A DNA stretch of 64,000 nucleotides from Phycisphaeraceae bacterium. Lineage in GTDB: Bacteria; Planctomycetota; Phycisphaerae; Phycisphaerales; Phycisphaeraceae. The stretch is taken from contig OY771506.1 of NCBI GenBank assembly GCA_963674705.1, positions 4,704,001-4,768,000 on the forward strand. The letters are read 5' to 3'. Made by a program: the position numbers and the translations under genes. The notes beneath the pieces are model-generated. The model was not told the origin of the DNA. It was given only the letters and a program-made list of their open reading frames with translations, and did no database searches. Shown here piece by piece: positions 28,206 through 38,221 of this stretch (its first letter is position 1; every line of letters starts with the position of its first letter).

Positions 28206-30191
28206 ATGTTGACAATGTCTTGCAGACAACTGGGCCTGTTATTCTTAGTTTTATTGTTCAGCTGCTGCAGGGCTGAGTACGCACACGGTCAAATCCGAAT
28301 AGTCACCTATAATACCGCCAACGGAACCGGCATCGAAGGGAATACCGCCATCCCACGCACCGGGATGGAGGTCGTGCTCCAGGCTATCGGCGACGAGTCT
28401 ACCGGTGGGATCGCAAAGCCAATCGATATCCTTGCACTGCAGGAGCAGGACGATGTCGCAACCACGACACAGATCTTTGTGAATATGCTTAACGCGATCT
28501 ATGGCCCGGGCACCTATGCACGAGGCTATGTACTCAATGACGCAACCACACAAATCCACACAGGCATCGTCTATAACACGACCACGGTAACGCTGCTCGA
28601 AGAGCATGCCTTCGGCACCGCAAGCGGTTCCACCTCTGCCAGGCAACCGATGCGTTACAAATTCCGCCCCGTCGGTTACACCAGCTCAGCGGACTTTTAC
28701 GTTTATAACAGCCACTACAAAGCAAGCACGGAAGCAGCCAGCCTGGTCCGCCGAGCATACGAAGCCGAGATCATCCGCGCCGATGCCGACGCGCTGGGCC
28801 AAAGCAAACACATCATCTACGTGGGCGATTACAACATCCAATCCAGCAGTGAGGATAGCTATCAGATATTGCTGAGCCCCGGCAACGGGCAAGCGTTCGA
28901 CCCGATCGACTCGCCCGGCAATTGGCACAATAACTTCGGATTCGCGCCGATCCACACGCAGAGCCCCCATGATGGCAGCGACAACTTAGCCGAAGGCGGC
29001 ATGGACGATCGCCTGGACTTCCAATTGGTAACCAGTGAATTCCTGGACGATGAAGGACTCAGCTACATCAATGGCTCGTATCACGCGTTCGGCAATAATG
29101 GCACGACTTATGACCTCCCAGTCAATTCAGTACTCAATACCTACCCGTTAACACAGGCAAAGTTGGATGATCTGGCGCATGTCAGCGATCACTTACCCGT
29201 CGTGGCTGATTATCAACTCCCCGCCCGGATGCAGGTCACGGTAGACCCTGTCCCGCAGCGGGTGATGATAAACTCGATTGTAAGCGTGTCGGCAACCGTA
29301 ACAAACACAGCCCCGGTCGTCGCTTCCAACGGTGCCGACGAACTGGATTACACGATTACTACACTGGGGCTGCTTAGCGGTGGCGGGTCAGGCAGTGTTG
29401 ATGCACTTGTTGCTGGAGATGTCTACGAATTAACGCTGAACACGTCTGTTGTGGGAACTAGGAACGGGCAAGTCAACGCATCAAGCAACAGCCAGGCTGT
29501 GGCGAATGGCTCCTTCTTCAAAGGTGTCAGCAGCACCATCCTCGATCACGCCAGTGCATCATTTGCCTCCGGCTTGGATCAGAATACGCTGACGATCGAC
29601 TTCGGCACACTCACAACCGGCGGGGCCATTACCAGCGATTTCGATCTATTTAACCTCGAACTGTCCTCGCTCTTCACTTCTGCCCTCGATCTCGACATGA
29701 TCGTAGGCCAGGGGGATACCGGCATACTCCTCAGCAACCTTGCGACGTTCAACAACCTGGCAGCCGGTGATTCACACGGATTTATAGCCAGCTTCAACAC
29801 CGGCACGGCCGGTTCATACTCAGCAACCTATACCCTGCACCTGTCCGATGAAGATGTCCCTGGCGAAGCCGGCCAGACACTCACACTACAACTGCTGGGT
29901 CAAGTCATCGAAGACCTGGTCGGCGACCTGGATAACGATGGGTTCGTCGGTCTGTCGGACCTGGACATCATCCTGACGAACTGGAACAAAACCGTTCCAC
30001 CAGGTGATCCGTCAGCAGATCCGACCGGTGACGGGTTTGTCGGTCTGGATGACCTGGATATCGTGCTCAATAACTGGAACAGCGGCACCCCGCCTCATGC
30101 ATCAGACAATATCCCTGAACCAGCAAGCATTATCTTGCTCGGGCCAGGCCTCACGTTGTATCTGCGTCGCTGCCAAATAGTCGAATCTTGA
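28206..30191 (+). CDS. Secreted endonuclease/exonuclease/phosphatase (EEP) with Ig-like domains, dockerin-like motifs and PEP-CTERM
   Basis: IVTYN, LALQE, SHYKA, GDYN, RLDFQ, SDHLPV; two DGFVGL-DLD motifs; IPEPASIILLG. Confidence 0.88.
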   Translation: MLTMSCRQLGLLFLVLLFSCCRAEYAHGQIRIVTYNTANGTGIEGNTAIPRTGMEVVLQAIGDESTGGIAKPIDILALQEQDDVATTTQIFVNMLNAIYGPGTYARGYVLNDATTQIHTGIVYNTTTVTLLEEHAFGTASGSTSARQPMRYKFRPVGYTSSADFYVYNSHYKASTEAASLVRRAYEAEIIRADADALGQSKHIIYVGDYNIQSSSEDSYQILLSPGNGQAFDPIDSPGNWHNNFGFAPIHTQSPHDGSDNLAEGGMDDRLDFQLVTSEFLDDEGLSYINGSYHAFGNNGTTYDLPVNSVLNTYPLTQAKLDDLAHVSDHLPVVADYQLPARMQVTVDPVPQRVMINSIVSVSATVTNTAPVVASNGADELDYTITTLGLLSGGGSGSVDALVAGDVYELTLNTSVVGTRNGQVNASSNSQAVANGSFFKGVSSTILDHASASFASGLDQNTLTIDFGTLTTGGAITSDFDLFNLELSSLFTSALDLDMIVGQGDTGILLSNLATFNNLAAGDSHGFIASFNTGTAGSYSATYTLHLSDEDVPGEAGQTLTLQLLGQVIEDLVGDLDNDGFVGLSDLDIILTNWNKTVPPGDPSADPTGDGFVGLDDLDIVLNNWNSGTPPHASDNIPEPASIILLGPGLTLYLRRCQIVES

Positions 30192-30579
30192 GTCGGTTCC
30201 CCGAAAGAGTGTTAATCTGGGCAATTTGCGAATTGGCGATCATATACCTAATTGGCAACCAGTCCGGTATCACAAGGTTCTAACAATGAATAGTATGCAT
30301 TTCCGGAGCCCTTGCTATACTAGACTTGGTCACCCCTGCTGGGTGTGACCGACACATCGGAGTGCGGGGAAAGCTTGTGGTGGGTTTGCATTAACCACAG
30401 CCGAGGTTCCCGCAATCAGGCTGACAATCCGAACCTATCCGAGGAGGCTACGCCGCTGTATCGCGAGCGACCAATCATCGCGAAATCGCTTGGGATGCAT
30501 CGGTACGTCAATATGAACGGTATGTTTGTTTGTAGTGGGTGTGGTACTCGTTAGTACTAGTATTCTGGAGTTCCGGAAA

Positions 30580-32634
30580 ATGGGGCATACACAAATTCGT
30601 CTAGGGGCTGCGGTTAGTTGGGGCATGTTTTGGGTGTGTCTTCTGGCGTGTAATTGCCTGGCGGGATCGGGGTTGAAACTTAATGTAGCTCCGCTTGAAG
30701 ACGAGCAGGTCACATCATTTAAGATCATGCCGGACAGTAGTGGCGTTGTGTATGAATCCGGTGATTGTCCGAATTGCGACTACAGGGATGTTTTCCTGAC
30801 GCCGATCCGGGGAGGGACGACAACTCACCTTAATGCGTCTCTTAATCGAAACCGATCTCTGTTATTCAGTTATGACGTCACACCCGACGGTAAGTACATC
30901 TTGTTGGGTGTCACTTCATCACCCAGTTCAAACTTTCATGAAATCTATAGCGTGCCGACCAGTGGTGGGCAACCCGTGGCAATTCTGCCATCCTCAATCT
31001 ACAAATTACGGTTAGATCTTATCAGCCCCGAGAGCCCGTACCTGATCTATACCGGATACTGGGCTTCGACGGTCAACCTGATGCGTGTACCCTTAACGGG
31101 CGGCACACCCACCGTCCTCTCAGCACCTATTGGATTGGATAAATCCGGTGGTATTGATGGATCGTCTGCAGTGCTTCCGCTTGGTGGGTGGCAGCGTTTA
31201 GCCTATATCGAAGGCCGTCGCTATCAGGTAAGACCATTGGTATCGATCCCGATTAATGGTGGTGACGTTATTAATTTATCGCCGGAAGGTTGGCAGTTAG
31301 AAAATAGATTTTATGCGACGCCGGATCAGCAACAAGTCTTGTTCGCTTCATCGAACCGGGTCTACGCCAACGATTATAACGGTGGAGAACCACGACTGAT
31401 CTACGAAGCCGATGCTGGTTCTACCGAACCGGGCAGACAATACAGTTACTTGGAATCTGGATTCTTACTCACGCTGCTCTCCGACACACACGCCGTTTTT
31501 GTAACACGAGAATCCAGAACCATCAACAGCGCATGTGCTTTGATCAGTGCGCCGCTGGATGGTGGAGAGCCGGTTGTGATAGACCAAGTCGATTGGTCAA
31601 TCACGACAGGTGCGATCAATTCCAACTACACACAAATGCTTTACTATGCCCGGTCGTTCAGTTCAAACGACAGTGAATTGAAGATCGCTCCCATGTCGGG
31701 GGGGACACCCATCAGCCTGGCAATAGACACCCCCCAGTATCCGTCACAGAGCCAGCGTGCCCAATTTGCTGAATACGATGGTCGGACACGCGTCGTATAT
31801 CAGGCAGGTGGCAGGATTTTCAGCATCAATTCTGATGGGACCGACCGGGTAGGGTTGGATGAATCTGTATATGCCAGCGGTGATGAAACCTCGACATACC
31901 ATGTTACTGATGATGGGTATTTTGTTGTTTTCGGCATGGGTTCGAAAACGCTATCAACAACGAACCGAATATATTCCGGACATGTACAGGGCGGCACACC
32001 TGTCCTGATTACACCCGATCTGCCTGAAACTGCGGTCATCAGTGACTTTGAGTTGACACCCGATGGCACAAAGATTGTGTACCTCGCTGATCAGGATACC
32101 CCGGGGACACAAGAGCTTTACGTAGCCGGTTTCCCGCTAGCACATCTTGCTGCGGGTATAGATGTCACCGGTGAAGTGACGGGCGGCGTTGGTTTTGGTG
32201 GAGGGCTTGGTTTTAGCTTCGATCAGGTCGACAGTCCCGGCACATTCCGGGCCGAGTTCTTCCGAACCTCGCTGACAGACTTGGAGCCCGGCCTGGCTTC
32301 CGAGATCGACTTCCTTTTGCCGGGAGACACCGCACAACTTTGGGATATGAGTTATGGCGGTGGATTCACAGGCTCGGTGAGATTGACCTTTACATACGAT
32401 GAGAGCCTGTTGGGACCGGGCGTGAACGAATCCCAGTTGGGTATCTATCACCGACTCAGCGATGGTTTATTCGAGCAATTGACCGTGCTGGACCGGGACT
32501 TTGACAATAACACGGTGACTGTGGCAACCGACAGTTTCTCGAACTTCGTCCTCGGCGTCGTTCCCGAGCCGGGTAGTGTGGTCTTGTTGTCGGGTTTGTG
32601 TTTGATACTGACTTCACGGAGGAGCGTTTTATGA
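30580..32634 (+). CDS. Beta-propeller (TolB-like repeats) PEP-CTERM protein, paralog 1
   Basis: TPDG / YSVPxxGGxP repeats; conserved C-terminal domain; VPEP tail; GGAG RBS. Confidence 0.85.
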   Translation: MGHTQIRLGAAVSWGMFWVCLLACNCLAGSGLKLNVAPLEDEQVTSFKIMPDSSGVVYESGDCPNCDYRDVFLTPIRGGTTTHLNASLNRNRSLLFSYDVTPDGKYILLGVTSSPSSNFHEIYSVPTSGGQPVAILPSSIYKLRLDLISPESPYLIYTGYWASTVNLMRVPLTGGTPTVLSAPIGLDKSGGIDGSSAVLPLGGWQRLAYIEGRRYQVRPLVSIPINGGDVINLSPEGWQLENRFYATPDQQQVLFASSNRVYANDYNGGEPRLIYEADAGSTEPGRQYSYLESGFLLTLLSDTHAVFVTRESRTINSACALISAPLDGGEPVVIDQVDWSITTGAINSNYTQMLYYARSFSSNDSELKIAPMSGGTPISLAIDTPQYPSQSQRAQFAEYDGRTRVVYQAGGRIFSINSDGTDRVGLDESVYASGDETSTYHVTDDGYFVVFGMGSKTLSTTNRIYSGHVQGGTPVLITPDLPETAVISDFELTPDGTKIVYLADQDTPGTQELYVAGFPLAHLAAGIDVTGEVTGGVGFGGGLGFSFDQVDSPGTFRAEFFRTSLTDLEPGLASEIDFLLPGDTAQLWDMSYGGGFTGSVRLTFTYDESLLGPGVNESQLGIYHRLSDGLFEQLTVLDRDFDNNTVTVATDSFSNFVLGVVPEPGSVVLLSGLCLILTSRRSVL

Positions 32635-34624
32635 GTTCATTGGCTATTGTTTTCGCGATTCCCCGATCAATGAAGTTTGGTTTCACGGCCTGTTTATTCA
32701 TTTTAGCGTGGCTTGCGTTCTGTCCATCGGCATGGGCGGGGTCCGGGATATACCTTGGAAGTTATGGGAAAACCGCGTTTACCAACGATCAGTCTTCTGC
32801 TTTGATCAACACGGGCAGTAATATTGCCCGCTTGCCGTTTGCTACCGGCGTGCTTGAACCTGTTATCCCGCCCGACATGATTGATGGTGACAAAGAGCTC
32901 TACGATTATGATGTACCAAGAACGGGTGATCTGATCGTCTATACCGTGGGTAATCACAATCAGTTGCAGGACCTGTATTCGATCTCTTTGAACGGCGGGA
33001 CGCCTGTCAAGCTGGACAGTATGTTCTTTAATTATAATCCAGCAAAGTCTCCGATCCTGCCTGATGGCAGCGGTGTGGTGTATTTCCGTGATGGTGATTT
33101 AATGCTTCAGCCGACCGCGGGTGGCGATCCCGTCATTATGGTGGATGGTATTGCCAGAGATACGAACATCACATTCAGCGCCGACGGCGGCACGATGTAC
33201 TACGATTCTCATACAGGCTCATGGCCTAACTATATCTATACCATTCGCGGCATTGAGTTACCTGACGGCGAACCGGAGTATTTAGGAACGTCATCTGCTG
33301 CGGTGACGGCCGGATTTTCAGCCCGGACGGCTCACTCTATATCACCGGTGAACAACCCCGTGTGTATTCACTTGATGGCAGCTTGACGAATGGCTATCGG
33401 TTTGAAGGCAGTATCGACGCTTATGACCTTGGGCCCGAAAGCCTGGCGCCGGACCAATCGCGGTTTGTCTTTACAACGAGGTTGGTAGATGGGTATCCCT
33501 ACACGTACGAACTCTACAGCGCGCCGATCGATGGTAGCGAGGCGGAGGTCAGGCTGCATCGTGAGGTCGCATCTGAAATACATATTGAATTAGCCGGCAT
33601 CACTTCTGACAGTCAGTCCGCGGTGATCTGTGGTGACATCTACGGCAACGGGACGGAAGACATCTACCGCACACCACTAGCAGGTGGCGACCCGGTTCTG
33701 CTCAGCCCTTCGTTTGAACCCGATACCACGACTACTGTTTATGGTTTGGGCTACGGCGACATGGCGGTCTATTGCGCGACCCTTGCCGACTCCACGAAGA
33801 TGGCGATATACAGCGTGCCTGTCAGTGGCGGTCCATCAACAGAGTTGAATACGGGATTAAACCTTACCACCTGGCCCCGCGCCGAGGTTACGCCGGATAG
33901 GCACTTTGTGTTATTCGAGGCCGATGATTCACATGGCATGCGAAATATATACGCGGTGTCTGTTCTGGGGGGCGACCCTGTAGCGATCATGGAAGCTTAC
34001 GATCCGAAGTATGATGCCGACTTCTATCCCGGCTTGCAGTTTTCATCCGACGGCAGACGTGTCATTTACGAGCTGGATGATTCAACAACCAATGGTGTTT
34101 ACTACAACAAAACCTATGTGGCTGGGATCCCCTTAGCACATGTTGACCAGGGCGTTTCAGTTGAAGGCAGCATCACCGGCGGCGCCGGATTCATCGGCGG
34201 GATCGATTACGTATTCGATGCTGTGTTAACAGAAGGCGTTTTCAAGGCTGAATACTTCCGGACGCCAATAGATGAGTTGGATACCGGCCTGGTCGGTTCG
34301 GCCAGCTTCGTCCTGCCCGGCGATACCCTTCAGTACTGGGACCTCGCGATGCGAGGCGTGTTCGAAGGCCAAGTCGTGCTGACATTCACCTACGATGAAA
34401 ACCTGCTCAGTGCCGAGATCGCGGAAGCGGAGCTGGGCATCTATCACCAGTTTGCGGATGGGTCTTTCGAGTTGCTGCAGGTACTTGATCGTGATTTGGA
34501 CAATAACACGATCACCGTTTCCACTGGAGGTTTTTCAAACTTCGTTCTCGGCGTCGTTCCAGAGCCGGGGAGCATCACGTGCCTGGTGTTGTTGTCCGCA
34601 AGTTGCTTGATGAAACGCCGATGA
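32631..34624 (+). pseudogene. Beta-propeller PEP-CTERM paralog 2, single frameshift (33266-33301)
   Basis: Two ORFs join through GDGRIFSPDGSLY in the second frame; ATGA-coupled start. Confidence 0.8.
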
Positions 34625-36590
34625 GTCGACCGAAGCGAAGTAAGCCGTTATCTATTCGCGATATTGACAGAAGGATCAAGATAATGCGTTCATATATAGA
34701 ACCGGGAGCCGTATTGAAACCAGTGGTCTTCTGCCTATGTCTTCTTGCGATGCACGCATCGGCCATGGCGGGATCGAGTATACGCATCAATCCCAGGCCT
34801 GAACCGCACCCGAACACCTGCGGCTTCAGCTTTGACTTCAGTAAAGACGGGAAGTCAATCATTCTCGTAGACCGGGGTATTCTTTATCGCATGCCTTTCC
34901 AGACAGGGAGCCTGGATCCGCTAGGCCCTGACGATGTCTACGAATTCAAGCTAGGTGTACGATCATCTATAGCGCAGGAGCACACAACTCGAGCCAGGAT
35001 GTTTACGCCTTGAACATCGATGAAGGGACATCCGTCGATCTGGGGTTTAACGTCTACAACGGTTTGTATGGAACCTTCCTGACCCCGGATGGAGATGCCG
35101 TCATCGATCACAACGACGGGCAGATCATTCGGCAGCCTATCGACGGTAGCGCGCCGACTGTGCTTGTTACAGACACAGGCTATGCAAGCAGTTTCCTGCT
35201 GACGCCGGACGGGAGCCAAGTCGTATACCAATACAACGCGAGCGGCGAGACCAGCCGGTTATACCGGATACCCGCCACCGGGGGGACACCGGTCGAGTTG
35301 CCGATGTACACTTCTCTTTCAACAACATCCATAAGCCCGGATAGCTCATTACTGATCGATCGCGATGGTTGGATCATCCCGCTTGATGACAGCGGACCGG
35401 TGGTGAATCTGTATGGCGGGCGTGTGTTAAGCGATGTCAACCTGACATCAGACATGTCGCGCCTGATATTTACGAGGTCCAACAAGTCTTACATCATCCC
35501 AACCGATGGCAGTTCGCCCGAGACTGAGCTTCAGCCTTCGGTGTCACGAACAGTTCCGTACTATGTGACGCCGGACGATCAGTACGCCGTCATACAGGAA
35601 ACGAGCGGCAGTCTTATCCGCTGGCACTTGTCGCCACTTGACGGAGGTGCGTCGACTCAACTGGGTGCTGATATCACTTCGAGCACCTGGGTACCATATG
35701 TTGGTGTCACCTCACAAGGCGACCTGATCTATCGGGCGCATCTAGACGGTGAGGATACTCCCAGGATCTATAGTGTTCCGCTGACTGGTGGAGATGCCAC
35801 CGCGATCTCTCAGCCGGATATGACCATGCTCTATCAAGCCGCGGCCATGAGTCCCAACGGGGATGTGGTGGTTTATCAAGCGGTTAATCCCGACGGGCGG
35901 GCCAATCTCTACGCCGTCTCTGCGCTTGGCGGCGACCCGGTCCCACTCTCCGAAGACTTCAAAGAAAACTACCAGGTCAAACACTGGACGCAATTGTGGT
36001 TTTCTCCCGACGGGAAGAGACTCATCTACACAATTAATGTTACAAACACGAACGCCTGCTACGCGGAAACATACATGACAGGTATTCCCTTGGCCTTGAT
36101 CGATGCCGGCACAGGAGCAACAGGCAGCGTCGTCGGCGGGACGGGGTTTCTCGGCGGGATTGATTACCTATTCGACCGGGTAGAGTCGACCGGTACTTTG
36201 CGGGCCGAATACTTCCGCACGGCGGAAGCCGACCTTGACCCGGACCTCGCGGCCGCGATCGACTTTGCACTTACAGGCGAAACCGCACAGCTCTGGGATA
36301 TGGGCTTCGACGGTTCCTTCACCGGGCCGATCACCCTTACCTTCACCTACGATCCCGCCCTGCTTGGTCCGGACATCAACGAGGCGCTGCTGGGTATTCA
36401 GCATCAGTTGCCCGATGGCTCGTTTGTGTTGCTGCCGGTACTGGATCGTGATTTGGACAATAACACGATCACCGTTTCCACTGATGGTTTTTCGAGCTTT
36501 GTGTTGTGCGTTGTGCCTGAGCCGGGGACTTTGATACTTCTTCTGCCTTTTAACATGCTGCTTGCCATTCGGAGGAGATACGAATGTTGA
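34621..36590 (+). pseudogene. Beta-propeller PEP-CTERM paralog 3, single frameshift (34932-34958)
   Basis: Signal-peptide ORF continues in the other frame as TIIYSAGAHNSSQDVYALN; VPEP tail. Confidence 0.8.
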
Positions 36591-38176
36591 AAATGTCATC
36601 GGTAATACATGCGCTTTCAAAAAGCACGGCTATTGTTGGTCTGGCTGCCGTGTTTGTTGCCTCGGCTTCGGTGTTTGCGGGTTCGAGTATCCGGCTTAGC
36701 CCGGACCTGGCGGACGGGCAAGAAGTCCGCTACTTCAGAAGTTCCGAAGATGGTTCGCACGTGGCGTTCATAACAAGGGGAGGTGGCATCGACCCAGCCA
36801 TCTACAACTGCGCGATCGATGGGTCATCGGCCATACCCATCGCAGATCAAGTGCCCGACCTGACGAGTCTGCATGGTTTTTCTCATAACGGCCAGTACTT
36901 GCTGGTCAGTACATATTACTCCGACCATGGAAACAGGGGCGACATCTATTCCGTCCCGACCTCGGGCGGAACCCCCATCATGATCAACGGCCCGTACCCG
37001 CTGCGTATCGATGAAGGCAGCCCGCAGATCAATGCAGACGATTCGCGTGTCATTTTCATGTCTCCACCCGACGCGGACAATATGCAGATATACAGTGCGC
37101 CGTTCCTGGGTGGTCAGCCCCCGGCGCCGATCAGCGATCCCGTGGGACCCGGTACGGAAGTTGATCACACTTCCCCGATTCTTTACTCGTCCAGCACCGA
37201 TCGGGTTATATTCAACAACAGAGAGACTTCGAGTTACTTATACGTCGGGACATATTCACGAGCAGCCGATGGCAGCGGCGAGCAGATCAAGCTACACCCC
37301 GAGACGATAATCAGTAACAACTTCAATCCGATGGTCCTCACACCGGACGGTTTGCAGGTGATCTTCGAGGGTCAGCCTGCCGGGATAGGCGGTCAACATC
37401 TCTACCTAGCACCTGTGGATGGTGGAAGCGATCCGACACAACTGACAGATCGGAGTTACGGGAGCTATCATGGCATCGAAGTCACTCAGGATGGATCCAA
37501 AGTCGTGTTCATCGCCAACAGTGAACTCTACAGCGTACCCATCGACGCGGCAACCATCCCCATCCAATTAACTGCTTCCCTCGGGTCTTCAATCAGGTTT
37601 ACATCCGAGGCTTTTGTCGCGCCGACCGGTGACAACGTGGTTTTCCGCGCGTATTCAGACAGCGATTTGATCTATGAGTTGTACAGTGTGCCTGTCACAG
37701 GCGGGACTGCGGTGAAGCTGAGCGACTTAAATGCATCAAACACCGGCGTGAAAAAGGAAAGCACCTTAATCAGCCCGGACGGCAGCCTTGTCCTGTTCCG
37801 CGCTGATAACAGTAATCAGGATCTTTACAGCGTGTCGATCCTCGGCGGCCAGGCGATTCAGTTGGGCACAATGGGCGGCGGAAAGATCGGTGATAAGGTT
37901 CTGTTTACCGCCGATGGTAAGTGGGTCATATATAAGCAGAATGTCGGCGGCGAGAGGCTCTGGACCGTACCGGTCGAAGGTGGCGAACCCATCCCCTTGA
38001 CAGATATCGGCGTGATCGACGACTTCGACCTCACTCCCGACGGCACGCACCTGCTCTACGTCGGCACGAACAGCACGACGCAGGAGTACGGCCTGTTCGC
38101 CCTGCCCATCCCCGAGCCGAGCACGCTGCTTATCTCTACGGCATTCATGAGTATGTTGATGAGCCGGCGGAAGTAG
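36584..38176 (+). CDS. Beta-propeller PEP-CTERM paralog 4 (lacks the shared C-terminal domain)
   Basis: AGSSIRL mature start; SPDG / LYSVP repeats; IPEPSTLL..RRK. Confidence 0.85.
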   Translation: MLKMSSVIHALSKSTAIVGLAAVFVASASVFAGSSIRLSPDLADGQEVRYFRSSEDGSHVAFITRGGGIDPAIYNCAIDGSSAIPIADQVPDLTSLHGFSHNGQYLLVSTYYSDHGNRGDIYSVPTSGGTPIMINGPYPLRIDEGSPQINADDSRVIFMSPPDADNMQIYSAPFLGGQPPAPISDPVGPGTEVDHTSPILYSSSTDRVIFNNRETSSYLYVGTYSRAADGSGEQIKLHPETIISNNFNPMVLTPDGLQVIFEGQPAGIGGQHLYLAPVDGGSDPTQLTDRSYGSYHGIEVTQDGSKVVFIANSELYSVPIDAATIPIQLTASLGSSIRFTSEAFVAPTGDNVVFRAYSDSDLIYELYSVPVTGGTAVKLSDLNASNTGVKKESTLISPDGSLVLFRADNSNQDLYSVSILGGQAIQLGTMGGGKIGDKVLFTADGKWVIYKQNVGGERLWTVPVEGGEPIPLTDIGVIDDFDLTPDGTHLLYVGTNSTTQEYGLFALPIPEPSTLLISTAFMSMLMSRRK

Positions 38177-38221
38177 TCGCGCGGGTTGCTGTGCGGGGCA
38201 ATATCCCGATCATATGAACGT

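Noticed and set aside
30580..38176. Diversity-generating retroelement or shufflon behind the propeller array
   Set aside because: No reverse transcriptase or recombinase nearby, no adenine-specific TR/VR pair, and all genes are co-oriented.
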